A stretch of 64,000 bases of DNA from an uncultured Christensenella sp. (GCA_910577945.1 CAJTNI010000005.1:1-64000); one strand, 5' to 3'; shown: positions 1 through 9,678, counted from the stretch's first letter. Notes: generated by a model not told the origin, from the letters alone. Numbers and translations: made by a program.

Positions 1-958
1 AGACGGCTTGTCAAGTTATATGTGAAAGCCTGCGGCTTAACCGTAGAATTGCATATAAAACTGACTCGCTAGAGTGTAGGAGAGGTAAGCGGAATTCCTA
101 GTGGAGCGGTGGAATGCGTAGATATTAGGAGGAACACCCGAGGCGAAGGCGGCTTACTGGACTATAACTGACGTTGAGGCTCGAAAGCGTGGGTAGCAAA
201 CAGGATTAGATATCCTGGTAGTCCACGCCCTAAACGATGGATACTAGACGAGGGCAGCTTGCCTGTCCGTGTCGTAGCTAACGCATTAAGTATCCCGCCT
301 GTGGAGTACGGCCGCAAGGTTAAAACATAAAGAAATTGACGGGTCCCCGCACAAGCAGCGGAGCATGTGGTTTAATTCGAGGCAACGCGAAGAACCTTAC
401 CAAGACTTGACATTGCGTGACAGCCTGTGAAAGCAGGTCTCCCTTCGGGGCACAAAAACAGATGGTGCATGGTCGTCGTCAGCTCGTGCCGTGAGGTGTT
501 CGGTTAAGTCCGTCAACGAGCGCAACCCTTATTTCCAGTTACCAATATTAAGTTAGGGACTCTGGAAAGACTGCCGCGGATAACGCGGAGGAAGGTGGGG
601 ATGATGTCAGATCATCATGCCTCTTACGTCTTGGGCTACACACGTGCTACAATGGGCGCTACAAAGAGCTGCAAAGCCGTAAGGCCGAGCCAATCTCAAA
701 AAAGCGCTCTCAGTTCGGATTGTGGGCTGAAACCCGCCCACATGAAGTTGGAGTTGCTAGTAATCCCGGATCAGCACGCCGGGGTGAATGCGTTCCCGGG
801 GATTGTACACACCGCCCGTCAAGCCATGGGAGTTGGGGGTACTCGAAGTCGGTCACGCCAACCCGCAAGGGAAGCGTCCGCCTAAGGTAAAACCAATGAC
901 TGGGGTTAAGTCGTAACAAGGTAGCCCTACGAGAACGTGGGGCTGGATCACCTCCTTT
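1..958 (+). rRNA. rrs: 16S ribosomal RNA, 3' ~960 nt (partial at window start)
   Basis: Conserved 16S blocks are present: GGATTAGATA(T)CCTGGTAGTCC, GCATGTGGTTTAATTCGA, GTCGTAACAAGGTAGCC. The gene ends with the anti-SD tail GGATCACCTCCTTT at ~945-958. Confidence 0.95.
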
Positions 959-1042
959 AAGGTCCTACAATTAGAGTAGGCAAATTAGTTCTCAATCGAT
1001 TAATTCACTGAATCTTTTCACTGCAAGTGTTGAATGTAAGAA

Positions 1043-1072
1043 CCTCGTTTTTGAAACGGGGTTTTTTGTTTT
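1043..1072 (+). terminator. Rho-independent terminator immediately after 16S
   Basis: An 8-bp stem (cctcgttt / aaacgggg, one G.U) with a 3-nt loop is followed by ttttttgttttg. Confidence 0.6.
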
Positions 1073-1758
1073 GTAAAATTTGTTAAAGCGCGATTGCGCG
1101 TTTATAGCAAGCGTAGATTTGTCGCTGCCGACAGCTTATACTCGCCGCGTCGCAGGTGCGAGATAAGTTAAACGTTATGAACGACCGCGAGCGCGGCGCA
1201 CTGCGGCAGGGTAGCGACGGACGCATTTCCGACACGGTTTATCGTATCGGCTATATAATTCGCATTGCGCATTCACAAGCTACCGTAAGCTTGTATTTGC
1301 TACGCCGCGTGGGCTATGTTTAGTAATGGTTTTGTATACGCATGTTAGGCGATATGCGCAGCGTTACGCCGTGCGTAATTTCGATAAGAACAAATATATT
1401 CGGTGGAAATACTTTGAGCATTTGTCGTCAAGATAATTTGCATATATTTATGCGCAACGTGCGACTGACGATAGCTCGCGTGCTTTGCGTCGTCGCTGCT
1501 ATAATGTGCGCGTTGCAGACGGCGTCGGCTCGGGGATGTAATACGGTTTGTCGCAAACCCGTTTCCGCAACGAAAAAATCCTCGACTAATAGTCGGGGAA
1601 ATTTTCTGTTCGTCGTATAGACGAGATATATTTGCAAGGACTGTTGATTGCGAAATCGTGTTTGATTTATTCGCGCTCGGTTGCCTTACAATTATATATT
1701 GTGCAGTTTTGCGCGAGCTATGCGCGAATTTGAAAATTTATCGAGAATTTTTGCCGCG

Positions 1759-2661
1759 CTATTCGAAGCAGTCTGGGTTCTCGGAAATGAATTTAATGTA
1801 GTCCTTGCGTTTGACGCATGATTTATCGTGCGAGTAATGCGCGTAGGCGCGTTTAATGCCGTCTTGCAGCCCTATACGCTCGGGCATGAGTATTTTTGCG
1901 CGTGCGTCGTCAAGCTCGTAGGAATACGCAAAAAACGGGAAATACAGGCGTTGTTCGATTGCTTTGCGGCAGCGTCGCAGCGTCGGAGCTTTGCCCGCAG
2001 CGGCGTAGCAGACGCGCGCCCATTCGCTTGCAGTGACGGGAACGTTTCCGATATTGAATATATTTTCGGCGGGCTTTTCAAGCAGCAGTATTTCCGCAAA
2101 ACGGCAAACGTCCTCGACGTGCACGAATTGTAATTTCACGTCGTCGGCGGGAACGCAAAACGGCAAGCCCGTTTCGGCGCAGTCGAATACGAACGCTTCG
2201 CGATATACGTTATTGTATTCGCCGTAAATATACGGCGGGCGAATTACGTATGCGCGCGGAAAGAGAGACAGCGCCGCGTCCTCGGCGGCGATTTTGCCCA
2301 TACCGTAATCGCCCCAATGCTTGTTTGCGCCGCGCTCCGTATTTTCGGTAAACGGCATAGCCGCATGTTCGGGATAGACCGCGCTCGAACTTATCAATAT
2401 GTAGTCGCCGCAGCCGCCGATTGCGCCCAAAAGCTTTTTCACGTGCTCGGCGTTGTATGCAGTTGCGTCCAAAACCGCATCGAAAAACAAATATTTCAGC
2501 GTGTCGCCGAGCGCGTTCCTATCAGCGCTTACGAGTTTTACGCCGTTTGGCTGCGGTTTGGTATTGCGGTTTAGCACGTATACGTCGTGACCGCGTGCGA
2601 CAAAGTATTCCGCCGCGAACCTACTCACAAACACCGTTCCGCCCGTAATCAAGATTTTCAT
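1759..2661 (-). CDS. NAD-dependent epimerase/dehydratase family protein
   Basis: N-terminal Rossmann motif MKILITGGTVFVSRF. Length 300 aa. RBS ggggagacgg lies upstream on the minus strand. Confidence 0.65.
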   Translation of the reverse strand: MKILITGGTVFVSRFAAEYFVARGHDVYVLNRNTKPQPNGVKLVSADRNALGDTLKYLFFDAVLDATAYNAEHVKKLLGAIGGCGDYILISSSAVYPEHAAMPFTENTERGANKHWGDYGMGKIAAEDAALSLFPRAYVIRPPYIYGEYNNVYREAFVFDCAETGLPFCVPADDVKLQFVHVEDVCRFAEILLLEKPAENIFNIGNVPVTASEWARVCYAAAGKAPTLRRCRKAIEQRLYFPFFAYSYELDDARAKILMPERIGLQDGIKRAYAHYSHDKSCVKRKDYIKFISENPDCFE

Positions 2662-2769
2662 TTCCGTCTCCCCGCCGTACGCGTTATATCATAAACGCTT
2701 AAAAGTAATTAGTTTTTTTCACGTGATTGCGCGCACGTTAACGCATTTGCATTATAGCACGGCGCGAAA

Positions 2770-3140
2770 TAAAATTCAATAGAAAAAATCCCCGACACGT
2801 AGAAGAGGCGAGGAAGTTTTCTTATTTCGCCTTAGGTCGGGCGAATGCTTGTAAAGTAATTGCTTTCGGCGTAACAAAAGCTTTGCTTTACACTATTATA
2901 TTGCGCAATAATTTTAACGTTATGCGCGGTAATTCAAAAAAAACGAAAATTATTTTTCGCATGAAAAAATCCGCGGACGTAGCCGCGGAAGTTTTCTCTG
3001 TCGCATATTGCGATTATCAAGACGTCTTGCTTCCCGATGGGTGAATTTGGAAACTGATTGCCTTGTACTTTTATATTGCGCGAATTTTGACGAATTATGC
3101 GCAATATTAAAAATTTATTAGAATTTCGGCTTTTCGCCGA
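2770..3140. repeat. Two diverged tandem ~185-bp direct repeats in the epimerase/PadR intergenic region
   Basis: Unit 1 (~2770-2950) and unit 2 (~2953-3135) share two blocks. The first is gaaaaaatcc(c/g)cg.ac.cgtag...ggaagttttct. The second is ttatattgcgc.a.aattt.acg..atgcgc. Confidence 0.5.
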
Positions 3141-3148
3141 ATATGTGT

Positions 3149-3177
3149 TGACATACTATGTATTGCATGGTATTATG
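3149..3177 (+). promoter_or_regulatory. Sigma70-type promoter of PadR operon, with candidate PadR operator
   Basis: The promoter is TTGACA-17-TATTAT. It overlaps ACATactATGT and a tactat...atagta inverted repeat, consistent with PadR ATGT/ACAT half-sites. Confidence 0.5.
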
Positions 3178-3245
3178 TATTCAATAGTATAAACCACACG
3201 GCACGGAGGGCTAATGCTTATAATATACGATAGCGGAGGGCGGTT

Positions 3246-3557
3246 ATGGACGCGCAGTTGAAAAAGGGGTTGTTGGAGGTGTGCGTGCTTGTGTCGCTCA
3301 AAAAAGAAGAGAGCTACGGGTACAAGATAATAAGCGACATTTCGCCGTACATCGAAATCAGCGAAAGCACCTTGTATCCGATACTCAAACGGTTGGAGGC
3401 GACGGGATGTCTTACTACGCGAAGCAAGGAGTACAACGGACGGCTGCGCAAGTATTACATGATTACCGAGGCGGGTAAGCGCAAAATCAGGGATTCGCTC
3501 GACGATTTGGAGGAGCTGCGGCGCGTGTACGAATTTGTGTACCGCGAAGGGCGCTGA
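3246..3557 (+). CDS. PadR family transcriptional regulator
   Basis: 103 aa winged HTH: SYGYKIISDISPYIEISESTLYPILKRLEATGCL. RBS ggaggg is present. Confidence 0.85.
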   Translation: MDAQLKKGLLEVCVLVSLKKEESYGYKIISDISPYIEISESTLYPILKRLEATGCLTTRSKEYNGRLRKYYMITEAGKRKIRDSLDDLEELRRVYEFVYREGR

Positions 3558-3593
3558 CGCGGCTGAATTGCAACATGGAGGTTAATTCGATAT

Positions 3594-4331
3594 ATGACTA
3601 AGTATGAATGGGAAACGGAGCTAAAACGCAACATTCACCGTTTGCCCGACGACGAAATAAAGCGCGTAATGGAATATTACGGCGAGCTGTTCGACGATAA
3701 AGCCGAGCGCGGCGAAAGCGAGCGCGAGATAATTTTCGAGTTCGGCAATCCCGTCGACGTGGCGGATAAGATATTGTCCGAGTACGACGGCGAATTGAAA
3801 AACGAAATTGAACGCGGCGTTCCCGTGCCGCCGATTTCGAAGGGCGAGGGCGTTGCGCCGTCGAATGCGGACGCGCCGCGCGAGACGGTCGCGCCCAAGC
3901 GTCGCAGCATTACGGTGGAAAACACCTCGGCGCGGAGCGACGGCGCGGGTGCGCGCAAAAGCTCGTCGGGAATGTCGCGCGGCATGCGGGTGCTGTTGTT
4001 CGTATTGATAAACGTGCTTACGTGCTTTGCGTTTTTCATTTGCTTTGCGGCGATATGGATTGTTTTGGGCTCGTTGACCGTTGCGGGCGGTGCAATGAGT
4101 CTGGGCGGCGTGGCGGCGACGGTCGTATCGTGCGGCGCGCTGTTTTGCGGGCATATAGGCGCAGGGCTGGCGCAGCTCGGAATGAGCGTCGCGCTTATCG
4201 GCATAGGCATACTTATGACGATAGTTTTGATTAAGAGTATAATCCTATTCGGAAGAATAACAAAACGAACGTTCGTTTCGATTAAAAATTGGCTTATGTC
4301 CAATGCTCCCAAGGAGACCGAAAATGCGTAA
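3594..4331 (+). CDS. DUF1700 family membrane protein (PadR-associated)
   Basis: The N-terminus reads MTKYEWETELKRNIHRLPDDEIKRVMEYYGELFDD. The C-terminal region is hydrophobic. The gene follows PadR directly. Confidence 0.7.
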   Translation: MTKYEWETELKRNIHRLPDDEIKRVMEYYGELFDDKAERGESEREIIFEFGNPVDVADKILSEYDGELKNEIERGVPVPPISKGEGVAPSNADAPRETVAPKRRSITVENTSARSDGAGARKSSSGMSRGMRVLLFVLINVLTCFAFFICFAAIWIVLGSLTVAGGAMSLGGVAATVVSCGALFCGHIGAGLAQLGMSVALIGIGILMTIVLIKSIILFGRITKRTFVSIKNWLMSNAPKETENA

Positions 4332-5280
4332 GGCTTTTAAGAAATTATTGATAACCGCAATATCGTTTTGTGCGGCAGGCGTATTGATTTTTGTAATCGG
4401 CATGTCTGTAATCGGTTGGGACTTTTACAAGCTCGATACAGCCGAATACACGGCTAAAAGCTATACGCCCGAGGCTGTCGTTTCGTCGTTCGAGCTGGAC
4501 GTCGAATCTTTTCCCGTCATAGTAAAGCGCGGCGACGCCGTGTCGCTCGACTACTACGAGGCGAGCGATTCCGTAGTTTCGGTGGAAACGGTGAACGGCG
4601 TTTTAAAGGTGCGCGAGCGTCAAAGCCGCAATCCTTTCGTAAACATGTTCAATATCGGCAGGTTCAAGCATAAGTACGTGCTGACCGTCGTGGACGGCGG
4701 CGACGTGAGCATATCGGGCGGGACGATAAGCGTGACCTTAGACGGGCTGCAAGCGTCCTCGCTGAGCATCGACGCGCCGAACGCGGACGTGGAAATCAAT
4801 GCGTGTAAATTCGATTCGCTGCGCGTTAAGTCGAGCAATTTGGACGCAAGCATTTTTAACAGCGAAATCGCCGACGTAAAAATATACGACTGCTTGAACG
4901 TCGATTTGGCAATGAGCGGCGGAAGCGGACGCGCGCTTGCAGTTGAAGCCACCAATCTCGACGCGGCGCTCGCAAATATAAATTACGACTCGATGAATTT
5001 TGACGGCATTAACGTTGATATTTCGGCAAACGACGTAATCGCGCGCAGTATAAAAGCCGACGGCACTAATTCCGACTTGGAATTGCAAAGCATATCGGCG
5101 GATATAATCGAGCTGAAAAGCGTCAACCTAACTGCGGAAATCGTCGTTAACGGTCGTGCCGCCGACTACGGCATATACGGCGACGGAAAGGATTTGCCGC
5201 CGAGCCGCCCCGGCGCTACCGATAAGCGCATAACGCTTACGGGCGTTAACAACGACGTGTCGCTGCGCTTTACGGCTTAA
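4324..5280 (+). CDS. DUF4097-like putative adhesin/beta-helical membrane-anchored protein
   Basis: RBS aaggag sits 7 nt upstream of ATG 4324. There is an N-terminal TM segment and a repetitive beta-rich body. It is the third gene of the PadR/DUF1700 module. Confidence 0.55.
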   Translation: MRKAFKKLLITAISFCAAGVLIFVIGMSVIGWDFYKLDTAEYTAKSYTPEAVVSSFELDVESFPVIVKRGDAVSLDYYEASDSVVSVETVNGVLKVRERQSRNPFVNMFNIGRFKHKYVLTVVDGGDVSISGGTISVTLDGLQASSLSIDAPNADVEINACKFDSLRVKSSNLDASIFNSEIADVKIYDCLNVDLAMSGGSGRALAVEATNLDAALANINYDSMNFDGINVDISANDVIARSIKADGTNSDLELQSISADIIELKSVNLTAEIVVNGRAADYGIYGDGKDLPPSRPGATDKRITLTGVNNDVSLRFTA

Positions 5281-5317
5281 TCGCGTCATGATAAATAATT
5301 TCGCAAAAGAAAAATTC

Positions 5318-5372
5318 CCGAAATAGCGTGCTATCTTGGGATTTTTTCTTTTCGCCGTTTGGCGAATCGTCT
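5318..5372 (+). terminator. Rho-independent terminator after the PadR module
   Basis: An imperfect hairpin (cccgaaatagc...gctatcttggg) is followed by attttttctttt. Confidence 0.5.
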
Positions 5373-5498
5373 GTTTGTAAAGCGTTCGACGAGGTATCGT
5401 GTATTTGATGTGTCGATTATGTTTGCTTTACTCTTATAGCTTGCGCTGTTTTCGCTTCGTTATTCATGACAAACGAAAATTATTTTGCGTTTTTATGC

Positions 5499-5526
5499 TT
5501 GACTTATCGAATACGTCGGCGTATAA
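5499..5526 (+). promoter_or_regulatory. Sigma70 promoter for TetR gene
   Basis: TTGACT-16-TATAAT. Confidence 0.55.
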
Positions 5527-5554
5527 TAAAACATATGATTTAAAACATGTGTTT
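5527..5554 (+). promoter_or_regulatory. Candidate TetR operator (inverted repeat)
   Basis: AAAACATATG-atttaaaa-CATGTGTTTT is a 10-bp inverted repeat with one mismatch. It starts immediately downstream of the -10. Confidence 0.45.
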
Positions 5555-5637
5555 TAAATTGTGCGCACCGATAAGCGCCGTTGGCAGCAAAGCAAACGAT
5601 TAAGCCGCAAAAATGCGGTACGGTGCGGGGAGGGAAT

Positions 5638-6213
5638 ATGCCGCCGAAAGCCAAGTTTACAAGAGAGCAAATCGTAAAAGCCGCGCTGGATATAGTCGAG
5701 CGCGACGGTTCGGATGCGCTTACCGCACGCGCATTGGGGCAAGAGCTGAAAAGCTCGGCACGTCCGATTTTTACCGTTTTTGACAGCATGGACGAAGTGC
5801 GTGCCGCCGCTGTCGCCGCCGCTAAATCCGTATATGCCGAGTATGTTGCGCGAGGACTTGCCGAGACGCCCGCATTCAAGGGCGTCGGTACCGAATATAT
5901 TCGCTTTGCCGCCGAAAAGCCTAAGCTGTTCCGATTGCTGTTTATGAGCGAGCGCGACGGCGCGACCGACGTAAATACGGTGCTCGGCGCGATAGACGAC
6001 AGCGCGCCTGCGATTTTGCAGTCGGTTATAGACGGATATTCGCTGGACCGTGATGCAGCCGAGCGGTTGTATTTGCATTTGTGGCTGTATGCTCACGGGA
6101 TAGCCGCATTGATTGCTACGGGCGTTTGCGAGTTTACGGCGGGCGATATTTCCGATATGCTTACAAGCGTTTTCGTCGGCATGCTCGCACGTGAGCGAGA
6201 GAAAAATTTATAG
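5638..6213 (+). CDS. TetR/AcrR family transcriptional regulator
   Basis: HTH FTREQIVKAALDIVERDGSDALTARALGQEL. RBS ggggaggg. 191 aa. Confidence 0.8.
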   Translation: MPPKAKFTREQIVKAALDIVERDGSDALTARALGQELKSSARPIFTVFDSMDEVRAAAVAAAKSVYAEYVARGLAETPAFKGVGTEYIRFAAEKPKLFRLLFMSERDGATDVNTVLGAIDDSAPAILQSVIDGYSLDRDAAERLYLHLWLYAHGIAALIATGVCEFTAGDISDMLTSVFVGMLAREREKNL

Positions 6214-6226
6214 AGGCGATTTGGGT

Positions 6227-6907
6227 ATGCTTAAAGCCGAGGGAATATATAAGGCGTATAACGGCGAGGACGTTTTGAAGGACGTTGCGCTCGAAGTAGA
6301 GGACGGCGAGTTTGTCGTTATTTTGGGCGCGTCGGGCTCGGGCAAGTCCACGCTTTTGAGCGTGTTGTCGGGCTTGGAGCGCGCCGATAAAGGTCGGGTA
6401 TGGTACGACGAGCGCGATATTACCGCGCTTAACGACAAGCAGCTTACGGCGTTTCGGCGCGATACGGTGGGGTTTGTGTTTCAGCAATATTATCTGCTGT
6501 CCAACCTCGACGTTGAAAACAACGTCAAGCTCGGCGCAAGCCTTGTGGGCAACAAGAACTATCGCGAGATTATAGCCGACGTGGGGCTAGTCGAAAAAAT
6601 CAAGAGCATGCCGAGCGAGCTGTCGGGCGGCGAGCAGCAGCGCGTGTGCATTGCCCGTGCGCTCGCCAAAAACCCGCGCGTGCTGTTTGCCGACGAGCCG
6701 ACGGGCGCGCTCGACGAGAGCACGGGCAGGGCGATTCTCGATTACGTTTCGCGCGTCAAGCGTGAGCGCGGCTTCACCGTGATTATGGTCACGCATAACG
6801 CGAATATCGCGGATATGGCGGACAAGGTGGTAAGCATGAACAGCGGCAGGATAGTGGGCGTCGCGAGCAATCCCGCGCCCAAATCCGCATACGATATAGG
6901 GTGGTAA
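6227..6907 (+). CDS. ABC transporter ATP-binding protein (MacB/FtsE-like)
   Basis: Walker [10 protein letters not shown], signature LSGGEQQRV and Walker B LFADEPTG are all present. Confidence 0.85.
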   Translation: MLKAEGIYKAYNGEDVLKDVALEVEDGEFVVILGASGSGKSTLLSVLSGLERADKGRVWYDERDITALNDKQLTAFRRDTVGFVFQQYYLLSNLDVENNVKLGASLVGNKNYREIIADVGLVEKIKSMPSELSGGEQQRVCIARALAKNPRVLFADEPTGALDESTGRAILDYVSRVKRERGFTVIMVTHNANIADMADKVVSMNSGRIVGVASNPAPKSAYDIGW

Positions 6908-6908
6908 A

Positions 6909-8063
6909 ATGCTCGTAGGCATACGCGACGGAATAAAACTCGTCGGAATATCCATAGTTGCGTTTTGCGCGGTGTTCGTGTGCGCGTTCTTTTTGAATTT
7001 TTACGTGGACGTGCAAACCGTTGAGAATGCCGTTACCGAGCAAATGCGCCCGCTGTACGACGCGCAGCTCGCCACGGCGCGATTTACCTGCGCGATTACG
7101 GGCGGGTTTTTGGCGGTTGTCACCGCCGTTATGCTCGCGTTTTATATCAAGCTGTACGTGGACGGGAACGGCGAGCGCATAGGTATTTTGAAGGCGCTCG
7201 GGTACTCGGACGGGCGGCTCGCGCTCGGGTTTTGGGTGTTCGGGCTTAGCGTGCTTATAGGCGCGACGGCGGGCTTGTGCGTGGGGTATGCGTCGATGCC
7301 CGCGATTTACAAGCAACTGACGATAGACGGCTTGCCGAACGTGCCTGTGCGATTTAACGCTTGGCTGCCGATTGCTTTGGTTATCGCGCCGACGGCGTTG
7401 CTGACGGCTTCCGCGTGCCTTTACGCGTATTTTTACGTGCGCAAGCCCGTAATGCGGCTTTTGCGCGGCAGGACGGATATTACGAAAAAGTCGGACAAGC
7501 ATAAAAAGTCGAGCAGGACGATAAGCAAGGATGGGCGTTTTTTGCTGCAAATGTGCTTTGCCGTGCTGCGTTCCAAAAAAGCGTCGGTATTTTTCGTGGC
7601 GTTCTCGAGCTTTTGTTTTTCCGCTATGGTGCAAATGGGCGCGTCCATGTACGACATGGATTCGGGAACTATGGGATTGATGATTTTGCTTATAGGCGTG
7701 ACGCTCGCCGCCGTGTCCATGATAATGGCAGTTACAACGGTAGTGAACGGCAACGCCGCAAGCATAGCGCTAATGCGCGCGTTCGGGTATTCGGACGGAC
7801 AGTGCGCGCTGTCCGTGCTCGGCGGGTATACGCCGTTCGCTTTAATCGGGTTTATCGTCGGCACGGCGTATCAGTACGGATTGCTGCGGATAATGGTAGA
7901 CCTGTTGTTTGCAGACGTTGCGGAAATGCCGGCGTATTCTTATGACGTCGCGCTGACTTTTATCGTGTTTGCCGTGTTTGCGGCGGCGTACGCCGCAGTT
8001 ATGGGCGTATATGCCGTCAGGCTGAAAAGAATATCGATAAAAGCGATAATGCTCGAAAACTAA
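6909..8063 (+). CDS. ABC transporter permease, FtsX-like
   Basis: Polytopic membrane protein. It is translationally coupled to the ATPase (taaaATG). There is an FtsX-like C-terminal 3-TM bundle. Confidence 0.7.
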   Translation: MLVGIRDGIKLVGISIVAFCAVFVCAFFLNFYVDVQTVENAVTEQMRPLYDAQLATARFTCAITGGFLAVVTAVMLAFYIKLYVDGNGERIGILKALGYSDGRLALGFWVFGLSVLIGATAGLCVGYASMPAIYKQLTIDGLPNVPVRFNAWLPIALVIAPTALLTASACLYAYFYVRKPVMRLLRGRTDITKKSDKHKKSSRTISKDGRFLLQMCFAVLRSKKASVFFVAFSSFCFSAMVQMGASMYDMDSGTMGLMILLIGVTLAAVSMIMAVTTVVNGNAASIALMRAFGYSDGQCALSVLGGYTPFALIGFIVGTAYQYGLLRIMVDLLFADVAEMPAYSYDVALTFIVFAVFAAAYAAVMGVYAVRLKRISIKAIMLEN

Positions 8064-8782
8064 TTGCCGCAGCGTTCCGTCGCGCGTTTGCGTACGTCCG
8101 ATACTCGTTTGTTCATTATTCTTCTGCCGATATTTTCGTACATGAATTTTTTGACGCCGCGGTATTTCTGCGAATATCGCGCGTACAGCGCGTCGGGCGA
8201 GTCGAATACGCCCAAATCCTCCACGACGGCGGCTTGCTGTATCGCGGTGGCTTTGCCGCGCCAATCAACTTTAAGCTCTGAAAAATCATCGACCGCAACC
8301 GCGTAATCGAAAAAACGCCCGCGCTGCTCGGGGAACAGCGCGCGCAAGCCCGATAGGTAGATTTTGTCGGTGATGACGCCCTCCAAGCTCAGCCATTCGT
8401 CGTCGTACAATACCTCCGCCCAGGTATGCAAAATCAGCGGCGGGGCGAGCTTCGCCATGAGCTTGGGCATCAGCCCGCGTTGAAATTCCTTGGTCACCTT
8501 AGACCCGTGCAGCCTGCACGGCACGTCGACGGCGCGCAGCAGCGAAGTAATAAGCGTAGCCTTGGTATTGCACTGTCCGAACCCGTCCGCCAAAACCTGC
8601 GAGGCAGTCAGGCTGTCGTACTTGTTGTAGCCCAACGGAACGGCGTTTTGCACATAGTCGTAAATCGCGCCGATTTTGTCGTACGTATCGTTCAGGCTTG
8701 CCCATTTTTGCGCCGCAATCAGCTCGACGATTTCGCGCGCGTCGTAGTTTAGCATTTTCGTACTTTTCAAATAATCGTTCAT
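8060..8782 (-). CDS. Transglutaminase-like superfamily protein (cytoplasmic)
   Basis: Candidate Cys/His/Asp triad: GQCNTKATL ... ILHTWAEV ... D. Confidence 0.55.
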   Translation of the reverse strand: MNDYLKSTKMLNYDAREIVELIAAQKWASLNDTYDKIGAIYDYVQNAVPLGYNKYDSLTASQVLADGFGQCNTKATLITSLLRAVDVPCRLHGSKVTKEFQRGLMPKLMAKLAPPLILHTWAEVLYDDEWLSLEGVITDKIYLSGLRALFPEQRGRFFDYAVAVDDFSELKVDWRGKATAIQQAAVVEDLGVFDSPDALYARYSQKYRGVKKFMYENIGRRIMNKRVSDVRKRATERCGN

Positions 8783-8827
8783 AATCGAAATTCCTCGTTT
8801 GAGATTACTTCGATTATACGCCGTGTA

Positions 8828-9574
8828 TTACGAAAAAACTTTCAAAAATTCGCTGTCTTTTATGAGCGCGGTCGCGGTCATACCCATTTGTTTTTTTACC
8901 GTTGCGGCAAAGTGCGAAGGGCTGTCGAACCCCGCGGACATTGCCGCGTCCGTGACGCTCTTGCCGTCGAGCAATGCGTAAAACGCTTTTTCGAGCATGT
9001 GGTAGAGGATATAGCTTTTGAGCGGCACGCCCGCTTGCTCGCGGAATAAATGCGACAGACGGTCGGGCGAGAGCGACAGCTTTTTCGCAAAGCTTTTTAT
9101 CGTGTGGTCGTAGCAATCGCAGTGCCGCAAAATTGTCAAAAGCTCGGCGATACGCGCGTCCGTTTCCGATACGCTGCGCCTGACGCCCAAAAATGCGGCA
9201 AATTCGGCTATAAACGACAGGTAGCGGAATTTGTCGACGGTTTCGGTCAGCGCGGCGGCAGCGCGCCGTAGCGGCTCGATTTCGTCGTCGAACACGGCGT
9301 AGTCGCCGCCGATTTTCGCCGACAGCTCCTTTGCGAATTGCGAGCTCGGTTGAATCAAAACGGAGAGGCAAAGCGCGCCGTCGCACGAAAATTCATGCGG
9401 CGCGTTTTTGTTTACGACTATACATTTGCCTACGACGCGCTCGTTGCCGACGGTTACGCACAGCTGCGAGGTCAGCCCGATAAAGGCTTGTATCACGCAG
9501 TGCGAGTGCGGCGCGGCGTTTATGCGGTCGCTTATAAACGCGATATTGTCTTTGTCCCAAAACACTTTAAGCAT
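8828..9574 (-). CDS. AraC family transcriptional regulator
   Basis: C-terminal double HTH: SFAKKLSLSPDRLSHLFREQAGVPLKSYILYHMLEKA ... AMSAGFDSPSHFAATVKK. Confidence 0.8.
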   Translation of the reverse strand: MLKVFWDKDNIAFISDRINAAPHSHCVIQAFIGLTSQLCVTVGNERVVGKCIVVNKNAPHEFSCDGALCLSVLIQPSSQFAKELSAKIGGDYAVFDDEIEPLRRAAAALTETVDKFRYLSFIAEFAAFLGVRRSVSETDARIAELLTILRHCDCYDHTIKSFAKKLSLSPDRLSHLFREQAGVPLKSYILYHMLEKAFYALLDGKSVTDAAMSAGFDSPSHFAATVKKQMGMTATALIKDSEFLKVFS

Positions 9575-9580
9575 ACGTAA

Positions 9581-9609
9581 ATTTTAGCACAATGCCCGAC
9601 TTTAATCAA
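9581..9609 (-). promoter_or_regulatory. Leaderless promoter for AraC gene
   Basis: On the minus strand: TTGATT-17-TAAAAT-6-ATG. Confidence 0.5.
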
Positions 9610-9625
9610 CGCTTTGCGGCAACAC

Positions 9626-9658
9626 AAAAGCAGGCTGCGTGAGCGGCCTGCTTTGTCG
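9626..9658 (-). terminator. Terminator after flotillin gene
   Basis: 9-10 bp stem aaaagcaggc / gcctgctttt, followed by a T-rich tail on the minus strand. Confidence 0.55.
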
Positions 9659-9678
9659 CTTTGTATTAAGAGAGTGGT

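Noticed and set aside
595-919. ORFs of 96 and 69 aa inside the 16S rRNA region
   Set aside because: They lie entirely within a recognisable 16S rRNA gene and are spurious translations.
2770-3140. Possible CRISPR array in the repeated intergenic region
   Set aside because: There are only two long (~185 bp) diverged units. There are no short regularly spaced repeats or spacers, and no cas genes.
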